Of a stretch of DNA of 64,000 bases, positions 43,870 to 60,245 are shown piece by piece. Position 1 is the first letter of the stretch. Each line of letters starts with the position of its first letter. The stretch is taken from contig OX597836.1 in the NCBI GenBank assembly GCA_951406725.2, forward strand, positions 35,154,001-35,218,000, read 5' to 3'. The notes under the pieces are model-generated. The model searched no databases. It had not been told where the DNA came from and worked only from the letters and a program-made list of their open reading frames with translations. The position numbers were made by a program, and so were the translations under genes. This DNA is from Octopus vulgaris. Its lineage: Eukaryota.

Positions 43870-44426
43870 GTATGCCCGTGAACGATATGTGTGCCGGGTA
43901 TATATCTATATGACAGTGAATGGGAGAGGGTAAAATATAGAAAGAGAAATGCAGAGAGAGAAAGACATCCAAAGACGACATGGAACCTTAGGGACCTTTT
44001 ATGTACCCCAAATCCCGTTCTTACTAGAAGTTAAATGAAATCTTTTGAAATTTCTAAAGGTTGCCGCTGCTGTGTGGGGAGGGGGGAACGGTGTGAGGGC
44101 TGACTGCTGACCTCTCCCCCCACTTCCCACCGCCCGCTCACTTTGTAAAACTCACATAATCACTACCAAAGGTATGTTTAACTGTTTGAAACTATAAAAA
44201 CGGGTAGTGGAGGCCCATGGTGACCCGCGGCCTAGAAATGCTTAAACCCTCAATCGCACACTTTCAATACATATTAACTACATAACCGTGTAGGATATAT
44301 TCTCTCCCCCATTCTCACTTTCTCTCTCTATCCATAGATGTATTCTTTTTTTCGTTTACTTGTTTACCTGTCTATCTATGTATCTATCTATCTATGTACC
44401 TACCTGTCTATCTATCTACCTACATC

Positions 44427-44512
<86 letters not shown>

Positions 44513-45173
44513 CATCTATCTTTCTAACTATGTATCTGTCTGTCTTTCTGCCTCCCTGTCTGTCTGAGTATCTATCTGTCTATATATATCTCTCTCTCTC
44601 CATCTATCTAAGTATTTATCTATCTATCTATCTTTATTTCCACCTATCTATCCATTCCTGGGTTTATACCGTGGCGAAAACACACGCTCTCGTACATATT
44701 CACACACATATATTTATATATGTACGTGTATATACGGCTGTGTGTGTGTGTACATGTATGTGTGTATTCCCCATTATGTATATGCCTTTGTGTGTGTGTG
44801 CATACACTTATATCTATTAGAAGCAGTTGTACGTACATATTTACACATATCAATTTTGAGCTTTCAATATTTAGCTAATATAATAGTATCTACACACAGA
44901 AGTACCTTCATATACACACTCTTATCCATGACCATGTACTCGCATATCGATTTCTAAGAACACCTTTTCTCAATTTTAAAATACAAAAAAAAAAAAAAGA
45001 AATAAAAGAAAAGAAAAAAAAAACAGACGCCAAATCTTCTTTACTTTAAGTTTATTAATGATTGCGTTACATGAAATATATGAAGTTAGTTAGAGTCTCT
45101 GAGATGTGGTCTGCAAAGACGCCACGAAATTATGCTTAGTGGAATTTATTTACATCTTACAAACATTCGGAAA

Positions 45174-46229
45174 TTATAAACCAACGGTCATCTGAAAGAG
45201 AAAATGGAATTATTGATAAAATATATATGAAAGTATCAGAGTGGAATGTACTAATGCCCAAATGAATCCCTATGGCTGGATATCACAAAAATTCATATTT
45301 TATAATTGAGACTTATCCCTAATGAATGGAGTGTAGAAACGATCTTTTCAGGAATTTGAATATATTAATCAGAATGGAGAAATAAATATAAAGTAATGGG
45401 AGAAGGAGCGAAATCTCTTATAAATCAGTCCATATTGACTTAAGAAATAATTTCAGATTGGATAAGTAAAGCTTCACATAAGAAAACAGAGTGGAAAGCG
45501 TTAGAATGTCAACGTTTTTCAGCATTTTAACTTAGATCTTGTCTGAATTAAGACTGAAAATCTGCAGCTAAACATTTATAAGGTAATTTACGTGAAAACA
45601 TACCAGAAAGTACTGCCAATGGGCTTCGTGGACTTTTTGCTCCATTGTTTTACTCGGAGTAGCATCTGTTGCATTACATACTTTAACGTGGTCCCTTGAT
45701 TTTTTGACGCGACGGAAACGTCTTGTGACATCGTCCACATTCGAATGGTTCATCTATAAAATGCTTCAAAACATGGTCCTGAAATGTAACGATATTAATC
45801 GTTCGTTTCAATGTATTGATATGTTATACATAAAGAGAAATCAATGAATTTGGAAATATTAAATACATTCATAAAGTATAAAGTAAAATATAATAATAAT
45901 ATGAATATACATACATTGAAATGACCACGGTGTCTGAAATGTTTATCACAAAGTTTACAGGTAAACCGAAATTTCTCTTCATGAACAAGCTTGTGGTAGT
46001 TTAATGAAGTATTTCGAGTGAATCTCTTCTTACATATGTCGCACTGGTACGGCTTGACGCCTGTAAAAAGGAAGTAATAATTATCATTATTTGAACATGA
46101 TTAAAATACTTTGAGCATCAACTGAAATAAAATGTATAAATGCAATGACTTACCGTAATGACTCCTCATGTGAGTTGTTAATGAAGATTTCGAAGTAAAT
46201 GTCTTGGAACATAATGAACATGTGCACAT
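45174..46229 (-). pseudogene. Zinc-finger gene copy 4: exons 46229-46154, 46060-45915, 45778-45604, 45191-45174; +1 frameshift in finger 4 (possibly a sequencing error)
   Basis: Coding exons match copy 1 except a T6 run at 45700-45705 (T5 in the other copies), which gives ...RQKIKGPR* within exon 3. Confidence 0.75.
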
Positions 46230-46529
46230 CGTGCTTATATTGTATAAGTTGGGATTAATAAATGGAAAAATTGATGTAGTTTATATGTGTGTGTGTGGTT
46301 TGTATAATCTTGTATATCTAATTAGAAATATTTACAGAAATATAAGTGTGTGTATAATGTAAATCGATGGAGATGTGAAAGGCAAGAGAGGGAGAGAAGC
46401 TGGTCACCTTCCTGTCATATACTAAGGTATGAATAGGTAAATAATTAAGGGATGCAGCCTATTTGTAGTACAACAAAATTTCAAGACACTCACACACACA
46501 TACACACGCACACACACATGTTATTAGCC

Positions 46530-46597
<68 letters not shown>

Positions 46598-47184
46598 TTT
46601 AAAGTAGATAAAGGTGAGATGGTATAAGTGAAGGATAGGTCGCATTTGGGGGCTGCTATTCACTGCTTAACTCCCACCCCTCAAAAAACACACACGACTT
46701 TTAGCTTTTGTCTTTCTTTCCTTTTTTAAAGAAGGTAATGACGTGGCTGGAAAGGTGTAGGATAGGTAGGTAATTTGGGCTGCTATTTTCTGCTCACCTC
46801 ACATCCACCATCTCAAACACACACACATTTCAATAGCTTCTTCATATCTGTCTTTCTTTATTTAAATTTTTTTTAAAAAGGTAAGTTTCAGCGGGTACAG
46901 GTGTGGGGTAGTTAGTTGTTTGTGGCTAGTATTGGCTGCTTAACTCCCAGCTCCCATCACTCTCGCTCTCTCTCTCTCTCTTTACTTCTTTCTCTAACAC
47001 ACACATAGTATAAGGAATAAAAGGTAATACGTTATATGCGTGTGCATACTCATATATATGTGTGTCTGTGTTTGTGTGTTTGTAAGGTAGATGGAGAGGT
47101 GATATTGATTTATATACCTTTATATATACATAACTATGTATATTTACATACGCATCTGTAATTATAAGATGTTATACATGCATG

Positions 47185-47248
<64 letters not shown>

Positions 47249-47463
47249 CATACATACATATATATATATATAAAATTGAGGATAAAATCCTTATATTCAT
47301 AGATACCGCAAGCTAGGAGGGGCCCCTACGGCCATAACTACTAAAATAATCAAACTGTACCGAATGCAAAACTTCAAAGCAAGTCATTTAAAAAATATAT
47401 ATGTGTGTATATCTATATATATATATATATATATATGTATACAGATATAAGCATATACATACA

Positions 47464-47505
<42 letters not shown>

Positions 47506-47587
47506 AACATGTATACATTTAGATATATATATGTGGGTGTATCTATATATATATATATATGTATACAGATATAAGCATATACATACA

Positions 47588-47649
<62 letters not shown>

Positions 47650-47679
47650 CATATGTCTACACACACACATATATATATA

Positions 47680-48573
47680 CAGGGTGATCGAAAAGTAACT
47701 CTCTATTTTAAAATACTTATAATTTATTTATTAACATTAATTTTTTCCTCACATTTGTTGTTTATGTTCTTTAATGTATGGGAATTTATTTTATTTAACT
47801 TATTTTTTTCAGATCGATTATTTTGTTTGATATTTAGAAGCCCTACAAATATGATCTGATCCCTTTAAGAATATCCCCTGAAGTGATGAAGCGGTATTCC
47901 ACACCGGTAGGTCTTTGAACCGTCACAACTGCCAATACTGGGCGGAAGAAGATCCACGTATTACCTCTGAAGAAATGCAGAATCGGCACAAAGTAACGGT
48001 ATGGTGTGGAATGACTTCGGATCGCATTGTGGGTCCTTTCATCCTTTGCAATATCATGAATACTGAATGGTACCTCACCATGCTACATGATGATATCTGG
48101 CAAGTTATCAGTACTTGGGAGAATATTGAAGATCTGATATTTTATGCAAGATGGCGCTCCTCCACATTTTGCTATTGTTTGTGAATGGCTGAATGCCCGC
48201 TTCCCTGGGAGATGGATGGGTGCTCGATGTCAGAATGATTGGCCGCCAGAAGCCCTGATTTAAGACTCTGCGACTTCTTTCTTTGGGGTCAGTTAAAGGA
48301 GCAAGTCTGCTCTATCAAACCAGTGCCTTTGGAAGAACTTGAAGGGCAAATACGAGAAGTTATGTCTTCCATCCCACAAGAGTTCCTAATGAAATCAGTT
48401 GATGCGGTTCCTGGGCGCTTGACAAGCTCGGTGGCGAATGCTGGTGTCTATATCGAATTTAAATAAAACTCTATGCTGTATGCTTTCTTAACATAGTGAT
48501 TTTTTCTAAAAATTATAGTTAATAAATAAATTATAAGTGTTTTAAAATAGGGAGTTACTTGTTGATCACCCGG
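47680..48573 (+). mobile_element. DD41D-like mariner remnant, duplicate of 2629-3522
   Basis: TIRs and ORF fragments as in copy A. Confidence 0.88.
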
Positions 48574-48580
48574 TATATAT

Positions 48581-48780
<200 letters not shown>

Positions 48781-49759
48781 AATCAAGTGTCTTGCAACAA
48801 GTGGCTTCACCAATAACTGAAAATTTTGAAATAGCAGCCAAAGACGGCAAAATCGTTTTACTAGATACATAGTGTAAGGAATTAGCTGTCTTCTGATGCT
48901 AATTTTAATTTTCGGTATGTGGTGAAGCAACTTGTTGCTAAACCCTTAATTATATTTATAATTATAGATATAAAAAAACTTTTTGTGCAAGTTTTTACCG
49001 ATAGCGGTTCTATTTCCACATCGAAACTACTTGGAAAAATTTATTAATTATTAAATTAATAGTTCTTTACCCTAATTGGGTAAATAATTATGGGATGTAG
49101 TTTATTTGTAGTACTACAATATTTCAAGAAACACACACACACATACACATACACACGCACACACACACACATCTTATTAGATTCTTCCTTTCGTTTTCTT
49201 TTTAAAGTAGGTATAGGTGTAGGATAGGTCGCATTTTGGGGCTGCTATTTACTGCTTAACTCCCACCATCCCCCTCAAATACACACACGTCTTTTGGCTT
49301 CTGTCTTTCTTTCCTTTTTTAAAGTAGGTAATGGTGAGACGGTAAAGGTATGTATTTTGGGCTGCTATTTTCTGCTTATCTCCCATCCACTATCACGAAC
49401 ACACACACATTTCAATAGCTTCTTTTCTTGCAGTCTTTCTTTATTTAATTTTTTAAAGAAGGTGGAGTTGAGCTAGTATTGGCTGCTTAACTCCCTGCCC
49501 CCATCACTCTCTCTCTCTCTCTCTCTCTCTTTACTTCTTTCTCTCACACACACATCCCTATAAGCCCTTACGTCTACACATGTTAGGTACAAATAATTCA
49601 TGGGAGCTATTGGGGACATTTTGGTAGAACTGCGTCGTAATTTTAGATTCAAATGAATATGGTACTTAATTTAGATGCATCAGAATTTTGTATGGTGTTA
49701 TCCATAAAAATCCGTGGGGTGATTATAATCAAAATAAGCAACAAGTATGACTCCGGTCA

Positions 49760-49836
<77 letters not shown>

Positions 49837-49922
49837 TTGTGTGTTTGTAAGGCGAAGGAAGATGATGTTGACTTATACACCTAAGTATATACTTATATAG
49901 GTGTCTGTAGTTATATGAAGCT

Positions 49923-49993
<71 letters not shown>

Positions 49994-50114
49994 CATATAT
50001 ATATATATATGTACATACACGTATGTTTATTTATGTATATAGGTATAAATATATATATATATGTGTATATCAATATATATATAGATGTAAACAGATATAA
50101 GCATATACACAGAC

Positions 50115-50150
<36 letters not shown>

Positions 50151-50470
50151 ATATATATATAGATACATAATTGTAAATTTAATTAAGAAAGTAGCAACAA
50201 GTTACTTCACCACATATTCGAAAATTTAGAAACAGCAGCCAAAGACAGCTAATTCGTTTCACTAGAGACATTGTGAAAGGAATTAACTGTCTTTCGCTGC
50301 TTTTTCTAAATTTTCGGTATGTAATGAAGCAACTTGTTGCTAAACCCTTAATTATATTTATAATTATATATAAAAAAAAAATATTTTTATACCGATAATG
50401 TTTCTTTTTCCATACCGAAATTACTTGTTAAAATTTATTAATTATGAAATTACTAATTCTTTACCCTACA

Positions 50471-50580
<110 letters not shown>

Positions 50581-50745
50581 TAATTGTGTGCCCGTGAACG
50601 ATATGTGTGCAGGGTATATATCTATATGACAGTGAATGGGAGAGGGTAAAATATAGAAAGAGAAATGCAGAGAGAGAGAGACACCCAAAGACGACATGGA
50701 ACCATATATTTATATGCATAGATAGATAGATAGATAGATAGATAC

Positions 50746-50805
<60 letters not shown>

Positions 50806-52183
50806 TCATATTACAAACAAGCATACATGCATACATGCATACATACATATATACGTGCATGTAGACACATACACAGAAACACACACACACACACGCGTGC
50901 GTGCAGGGGTGTGCGCGTGAAGAGCGGGTATACAAATTCTTCACCTTTCTAACCTTTGTTCAATATTTTTGTCTCCGTTCCGTTTTCAGACTATATTCTT
51001 TTAATAATGAAAAATGTTTTCAATGAATTCTTTTACTGGACCTAAAACAGAAAAACAAAACCTAAACAATAATATAAACCATAGACTTTATATATATAAA
51101 GACATAAATGTATAACAACACACGGGAAATCATAAAAGTAAAGTGAAATACAATGGCGCAAGAGTCAAAAAACATCAACACTTTTTTATGTCTGACTTGT
51201 TATTGTTTTCATTCTGTTTTTACTGTAAATTGAGATTTGATATATTATTGTTGTTTCCGAGTTATTGTTGTTGCTGCTGGAGCTGCCATCGTCGTCGTCG
51301 TCGCATCTGATATTGTTATTGTTGTTATTGTCGTTGTTGCTGTTGTTGTTGAAACAAGAGGAAGCTCATTGCCAATCAAATATCGTATTTCTTCTGCGCA
51401 GTCTTTGTTGTTAATTCTAAATTCAACTACTTTCCACCCCTCTACCCGTCCTTGATCGACATACAGACATTGTAAAAATCCTCTTGATCTGCTTCTAACC
51501 ATTAAGACAAACTTACGTCAAGCCACAGCTGTCTTTGTACATAGAGAGGCGTCTAGCAAACTACCTTGCCGTGATTATTCGCCACACATCCATATACCAC
51601 GCAACACCCCCCCCCCACACCATGTCTAGGACTAACAGCATTTCAAGTTAGCTGACCAGTCTGAGCTTTACCAGTTCTTTAATAACCTATTTCTTTACTA
51701 CCCACAAAGGGCTAAACACAGAGGGGACAAATAAGGACAGACAAACGGATTAAGTAGATTACATCGACACCAGTGCGTAACTGGTACTTAATTTATAGAC
51801 CCCAAAAGGGGTCTATTTGGTTGAGTGCTAGACTGTATCGGGAGGAAGTCCACTTGACTGAATGGCATTATGTCATTCATGAGGACATTCTAACCGCTGG
51901 TCCACAGACGGGCTGTCTCCTCTGTCTTTGAAGCAAGTACACCGGTTTCTGTTCCTTGAATCTAGCTGGTCTCGAATCACCTTTCTTTAGGGATATACCC
52001 ATCTCTCCTCCTTTCATCAACCATATTGAGTTCAATCTCCCAAACCTCGCGCTAACCAAAGCTCCCAGTCCTTTCATACTAGAATATCAGCCTTCCGGAA
52101 TTCCCTTCCTGCACAATGTTCTTTCCTTCAGCTGACGGATTGCAACGGTTTAAGCGGAACGTTCATGATATCAGTCTCACCAT

Positions 52184-54319
52184 GCGGCGAGCTGGCAGAA
52201 GCGTTAGCACACCGGGCGAAATGCTTAGCGGTATTTCGTCTGCCGCTACGTTCTGAGTTCAAATTCTGCCGATGTCGACTTTGCCTTTCATCCTTTCGGG
52301 GTCGATTAAATAAGTACCAGTTACGCACTGGGGTCGATATAATCGACTTAATCCGTTTGTCTGTTCTTGTTTGTACTTTCTGTGTTTAGCCCCTTGTGGG
52401 TAGTAAAGAAATAGGTATTTCGCCCGTCGCTACGTTCTGAGTTCAAATTCTGCTGAGGTCGACTTTGCCTTTCATCCTTTCGGGGTCGATTAAATAAGTA
52501 CCAGTTACGCACTGGGGGCGATATAATCGACTTAATCCGTTTGTCTGTCCTTGTTTGTCCCCTCTGTGTTTAGCCCCTTGTGGGTAGTAAAGAAATAGGT
52601 ATTTCGTCTCACCAGTCTCGGTGAATCTGTGAAGGCCGTGGTCACAGTCCGTTCCTCCACACCAAACCAAAGAAAAGAAATCAGAATCAGAATCAGTGTC
52701 CCATTTCTTTCATTTACATGTATTTCTAAATAAATTTCAATTATCGCTAAGATAACATTAAACAAACGAAAAGAGAAATGAAACAGAAATACACAAAAAA
52801 CAAAATTAAACAACGTTATTGAGTTTCTGTTTTATTTGTTTTAATGAATATATTATGAGTACTGCAGGCATAGTTCGGCATTGATATTCATTAGAAAAAC
52901 AAACTTTGAAGAAATACAAGCTACGATCTGCTCGTCAGATAAACATATCTGTGTGGGTGGAAAGAACGTGTAGCAACGAGTGTGGTTCACCTTATTTCAC
53001 CTGGCTTTACATATTGCTATGACGTCAAGTTAAAATTTGACATTGGTAAAATCTTTGCATATTATTATGCAAGTCAATGACTTGATATCATAGGAGGAAA
53101 CTAATAAAACAAATTTACAAAAAAAAAACTGAATTAATCTCAATGTTGGCATTGTATGCCATATTGAATTCAATCTTCGTCTCTAGAGGCGATCAACTGC
53201 TTCTATACCGACGACACTGACAGAAGATTATAAACTTACTGAAATTTCACAGAAATACATTAGAGGGGATTTTATTTGTTTGTATAGCTATTGTCTGAAT
53301 TATTTTAAATATGAGAACTTCCTTTCGACAACTGAATAAGAATCGTGTATTTAAAACAGCCCACTCAATAAATTGTTTACAAAGCAATATTTGTAGTCAG
53401 CACAACTCGATTTCAATTTTATATATGAATTATCATAAACATAGTATTTACAGGGAAGGTGCTAGTAAAGACTTAAATATAGCTTGCTCTGCAGGTGGAG
53501 GCGCAATGGCCCAGTGGTTAGGGCAGCGGACTCGCGGTCTTTGGATCACGGTTTCGATTCCCAGACCGGTCGTTGTGTATGTTTATTGAGTGAAAACACC
53601 TAACGCTCCACGAGGCTCCGGCAAGGGGTGGTAGCGACCCCTGTTGTACTAAAAAAAAAAAAAGGCGGCGAGCTGGCAGAAACGTTAGCACACCGGGCGA
53701 AATGCGTAGCCGTATTTCGTCTGCCGTTACGTTCTGGGTTCAAATTCCGCCGAGGTCGACTTTGCATGTCATTCATTCGGGGTCGATAAATTAAGTACCA
53801 ATTACGCACTGGGGTCGACGTAATCGACTTCATCCGTTTGTCTGTCCTTGTTTGTCCCCTTTATGTTTAGCCCCTTGCGGGTAGTAAAAAAATATATAGC
53901 TTGCTCTGCAGTTAACCGTTCCGACTCGCTTTGTTCTGAGTTCAAGGCATGATGGAGTCGAATTTGCCTTTCACCGTTTTGAGTTCGATAAACTATCAAT
54001 ACTGTACTGGGATTGATTCGTCTAATTTCTTTCTTTCGATTCGCTGCTGCATAACACGTTGGGGACGACTCCCTCGTAGTGCTGGGTGTTAAAACACCTG
54101 AAGTAATTGACAGGTGAGACAACTCGCTCGAATCCCATTGAGCAGTAATGGATACCAATGTTTCACAATTTTTTTGGCTTATCAACATCGTGTACCCGAA
54201 TCAAACCGAATCTCTAGTCTATACAATGAGTATGACTATATTATATATATATATAGATTACGGTGACATAAACACACCAGCATCGGTTGTCAAGTGATGG
54301 TGGGATGGGGAAAAACACA

Positions 54320-54400
<81 letters not shown>

Positions 54401-55351
54401 GTATGTATATATATATAACGGGTTTCTTTCAGTTTCCGTCTACCAAATTCACTCACAAGGTTTTGGCTGGCCCGAAGATATAGTACACTTGGCCAAGGTG
54501 CTACGCAGTGGAATTAAACCCGGAACCATGTGCTTGGGAACTAAGATTCTTACCACACAGCCCCTGACGCGCCTCTTATGTGGTTAAAATTTCGAAAAAT
54601 AATAATACATACTTATTGCAAATGTACAAAGGAAAAATCCGTCTTATTTGATTTAGTTTTATTTAGTTTTTATATATTGTGATAAATGTTTTTTCCTTTG
54701 AAAATTAGTAATCTTTTCATCATTTTTGTAAAAGCGCCAGGAAATTTCGTAAATGCTAAATAATTATTTTATGAATGGTATATTTCCTGATATAATTCAT
54801 GTTAGCAAATGTATACTTCCAGACTTACCCGACGTGTGACGAGTACTCTCTAGTATTAGTATTATAATAATATTGTTATTATTGTAAAGGCGGGGAGTTG
54901 GAAGTATCGCTAGCACGCCAGGCGAAATGTTTAGCAGCATTTCGTCTGCCGTTACGTTCTGAGTTCAAATTCTGCCGGAGTCGACTTTGCCTTTCATCCT
55001 TTCGGAGTCGATAAAATAAATACCAGTTGAGTACTGTGATCGATGTAATCGATTTATCCCCGCCCCAAAAATTTCAGGCCTTATGCCTATAATAGAAAAG
55101 ATTATTGGAAAGACGGTGAGCTGGTAGTATGGTTAGCACGCCAGGCGAAATGCGTAGCGGGATTTCGTCCGTTCTTACATTCTGAGTTCAAATTCCGTCG
55201 AGGTCAACTTTACCTTTTAACCTTCCAGAGTCGATAAAATAAGCACCAGTTGAGCACTTGGGGGTCAATGTAATCGACTAACATCCTCCCTCGAAATTGC
55301 TGGCCTTGTGCCATAATTTGAAATCAATATTATTATTACTATTATTATTAC

Positions 55352-55409
<58 letters not shown>

Positions 55410-55642
55410 GTTGTTGTTGTTAATGTAAGGGCGATGAGCTGGTAGAATCGTTGGCACGCCGGAAAAAATTATTAGCGGCCTTTCGTGTGTCTTTTACTTC
55501 TAAGTTCAAATTCCACAAAGGTCAGCTTTGCTTTTCATCCTTTCGGGGTCGATAAAGTAAGTACCAGTTAAGCATTGGGATCGATGTAATCGACTTATCT
55601 CTTCCCCGAAATTGCTGGCCTTGTGCCAAATTTCGAAGTCAA

Positions 55643-55741
<99 letters not shown>

Positions 55742-56035
55742 CATCACCATTGTAGTATTATATACTTATATAGTATTATCATTATAATATTCAAACTCGA
55801 AATGACATGAATTTTAAATAAAAGAAATAATTCACTCTTTTACTCTTTTACTTGTTTCAGTCATTTGACTGCGGCAATGCTGAAGCACTGCTTTTAGTCG
55901 AGCAAATCGACCCCAGGACTTATTCTTTGTAAGCCTAGTATTTACTCTATCGGTCTCTTTTGCCGAACCGCTAAGTTACGGAGACGTAAACACACCAGTA
56001 TCGGTTGTCAAGCGATGTTGGGGGGATAAACATAG

Positions 56036-56110
<75 letters not shown>

Positions 56111-56268
56111 CGACGGGCTTCTTTCAGTTTCCCTCTACCAAATCCACTCACGAGGCTTTGGTCGACCCACGGCTAAAGTAGAAGACACTTGCCCAAGGTG
56201 CCACGCAATGGGACTGAACCCGGAACCATGTGGCTGGTACGCATGCTACTTACCACACAGCCACTCCT
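52184..56268. mobile_element. Duplicate SINE cluster (52184-52605, 53495-53893, 54258-54575, 54888-55640, 55834-56268)
   Basis: Copy of 7071-11102. Confidence 0.85.
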
Positions 56269-57082
56269 ACGAAGTCTAGAGAATGGAAACTTATATGCAA
56301 CCTCTGACAGATCATTGAATAAAAATACAGGGTGATTCAAAAGTCGTCATACATAAGAACAATTTATTTTTTTATAAGAAACAGTTTGTAGGATAGGTAG
56401 GTAATTTGGGCTGCTATTTTCTGCTTATCTCCCACCTACCTTCTCAAACACACACACATTTCAATAGCTTTATCATTTCTTAATTTCTTTCTTTATTTAA
56501 ATATTTTAAAAAAGGTACGTTTCAGCTGGTATAGGTGTGGGGTAGTTAGTTGTTTGTGGCTAGTATTGGCTGCTTAACTCCCAGCCCCCATCAATCTCGC
56601 TCTCTCTCTCTCCCTCTCTCTTTACTTCTTTCTCTTACACTCACATCCCTATAAGCCCTTACGTATACACATGTCTATTAGGGAAATTTTGTTAATACTG
56701 CGACGCAAGCTTTGAATGCAACAATCAATGCGTGACCTCTTCTGTGAGAAATACGATGGCCTTTTACCTTTAAGCATAATATATTTAAAGGTATATGCAT
56801 TATATTTGTTTAAATATAACCTATTTTGGGGTAAATATAAAATAAATTCCATTAAACGAATCGTTTAAAATTGTTCATATAATATTTTAATATTGGTATT
56901 AGGGATAAAAGTTAATACCTTATATGCGTACGCATACACATATATATGTGTGTGTGTGTTTGTGTATTTGTAAGGTAGATGGAGAGATGATATTGATTTA
57001 TATACCTTTATATATACATAACTATATATATTTACAAACGCATCTGTAATTATAAGATGTTATACATACATACATACATACA

Positions 57083-57165
<83 letters not shown>

Positions 57166-57324
57166 CTGTTTATCTATGTAGATATGTATATATATATATA
57201 CATACAAGCATTTTTATTTTTATATATATGTATACATATGTATAGGTATATATATGTGTGTATATCTATATATATATATGTATACAGATATAAGCATATA
57301 CATATATACATATATGTATGTATG

Positions 57325-57398
<74 letters not shown>

Positions 57399-57575
57399 AG
57401 AGTTTACGAAGAAAGCAAAAGACGAAGACAGGTGGTGTACAAAACAAAGTGATGTATTTGTATAACGCTCAGGAATAGAAAAAGTCTTTTACGTTTCTAC
57501 AGAAAGGGGCACAGAAAAAACAAGTAGAGAAAAAAATTTGTGTAGTGGCTAACGATCTATCACGGCGGCTATATG

Positions 57576-57618
<43 letters not shown>

Positions 57619-57623
57619 GTAAA

Positions 57624-57667
<44 letters not shown>

Positions 57668-57779
57668 CACACGTATGTTTATGTATGTAGATATGTATAT
57701 ATATACGTACAAATACGTATGTTTATTTATGTATATATGTATAAATATATATATGGACATATATATGTGTGTATATCTA

Positions 57780-57817
<38 letters not shown>

Positions 57818-57840
57818 CAGATATAAGCATATACATCCAT

Positions 57841-57875
<35 letters not shown>

Positions 57876-58096
57876 ATTATGTCCACATATATAAACTTAT
57901 CTATGTATGTCTATAAATATATGTGTATATACATTCATCTATATATATATCTGTATACATATATATGTTTTTATATATAACTATATATATATATATATGT
58001 ATTTATTTCCTTCTTCCGTTCTTTCCTGAGGGTCCAGTAATAATTTATTTGCTCCACATCCTTGCGTTGTTGTTTTTTGTTTTCTTGTTTGGATTA

Positions 58097-58198
<102 letters not shown>

Positions 58199-58691
58199 GA
58201 TATATATGTATATATATATATAGATATATAGAGAGAGAGAGTGAGAGAGAGAGAATTAAGGGTGTAGCAACAAGTTGTTTCACCACGTACCGAAAATTTA
58301 GAAATAGCAGACAAAGTCAGCTAATTCGAAAATTTAGAAATAACAGCCAAAGACTACTAATTCGTGTAACTAGTGCCATAAGTGAATGGAATTAGCTGTC
58401 TTCGGCTGCTATTTCTAAATTTACGGTGTGTGGTGAAGCAACTTGTTGCAAAACCCGTAATTATATTTATAATTATGTATAAAAAAAAATCCTTTTTGTA
58501 GAAGGTTTTACCGATAAATGTTCTTTTTCCATACCAAAACTACTCGGTAATATTTATTAATTATTAAATTAATACTACTTTACTCTAAATAGGCAAATAA
58601 TTATGGGATGTATTCTACTTGTAGTATAACAAAATTTCAAGACATGCACACACACATCTTATTAGCCTCTTTCTTTCTTTCTTTCTTTCCT

Positions 58692-58747
<56 letters not shown>

Positions 58748-59109
58748 ATTTCTAATATAGATAAAAGTGAGATGGTATAGGTGAAGGATAGGTCGGTTTT
58801 GGGGGCTGCTATTCACTGCTTAATTACCTCCCCCTTCAAATACACACACGTCTTTTAGCTTCTGTCTTTCTTTCCTTTTTTAAAGAAGGTAATGGTGAGG
58901 TGGGAAAGGTGTAGGTTAGGTAGGTAATTTAGGGCTGCTATTTTCTGCTTACCTCCCACCCACCATCTCAAACACACACACATTTCAACAGCTTCTTTCT
59001 TTCTTTCTTTCTTTCTTTAATTTTTTAAAGAAGGTGGGGTTGAGCTAGTATAGATATGGGGTACGTAGTTGTTTTTAGCTACTATTGGCTGCTTAACTCC
59101 CAGCCCCCA

Positions 59110-59150
<41 letters not shown>

Positions 59151-59576
59151 CTCTCTTTCTCTCTCTCTTTACTTGTTTCTCACACTCACATTCCTATAAG
59201 CCCTTATTCATATCCACGTACAAATAATTCCTGAAAGCTATTAGCGAAATTTTGGTAGTAATGCGTCGTAAGCTTTGGACGCAACAATCCATGCGTGACC
59301 TCTTCTGTGAGCGATACGATGGACTTTTACCTTTAAGCATTATATATTTAAAGGTATATGCATTATATTTATGTTTAAATATAACATATTTTGGGGTAAA
59401 TATAAAATAAATTCCTTTAAACGAAACGTTTTTAATGGTTCATATAAGATTTTAATATTGGTATACGGAATAAAAGGTAATAACTTATATGCGTGTGCAT
59501 ACACATATACGTGTGTGTGTGTGTGTTTGGGTGTTTGTAAGGTAGATGGAGAGGTGATATTGATTTATATACCTTT

Positions 59577-59626
<50 letters not shown>

Positions 59627-60165
59627 ACTATAATAATAATACGTTTAAATAATAATAATAATACGTTTAATAATAATATTAAGGAGTAAATCCAAACTTA
59701 CAGGGAAAAATTAGATTTAGTTTTATCTCTAATTTAATATATATATATAACTCTATATTTATATACTAATCTGTAATTATCTGAAGCTATTTATATATAT
59801 ATATATATGTATAATTTATATATATATATATGAGAATGCCTCTTACTGATGAATCTAAGGGCCTATGGTAGATTGGCTTGATTTAATTTAATCAGGTTAG
59901 TTTTCCATTAAACTGAAGATGAAACGGTGCATCGTCTAAGAAATTACAGGGTAAATGTTTTTCAATTTTCTCCTGGTTTATGGAATTGACATTATTTTGC
60001 GGTTAAAGCTTTTGGCTGTTATTTCTAGTGGGTGAATGGCCTATTATGGCCGTTCCTTGATTGTTGATGTTGAACTTAAAAATGGTTTATGACTATTTAA
60101 TTTTTTCCCACTAGGCCGCTGCTGGCAAAAGAATTCTACAAAATTTTTTTGCCACCCTATATTGA

Positions 60166-60241
<76 letters not shown>

Positions 60242-60245
<4 letters not shown>

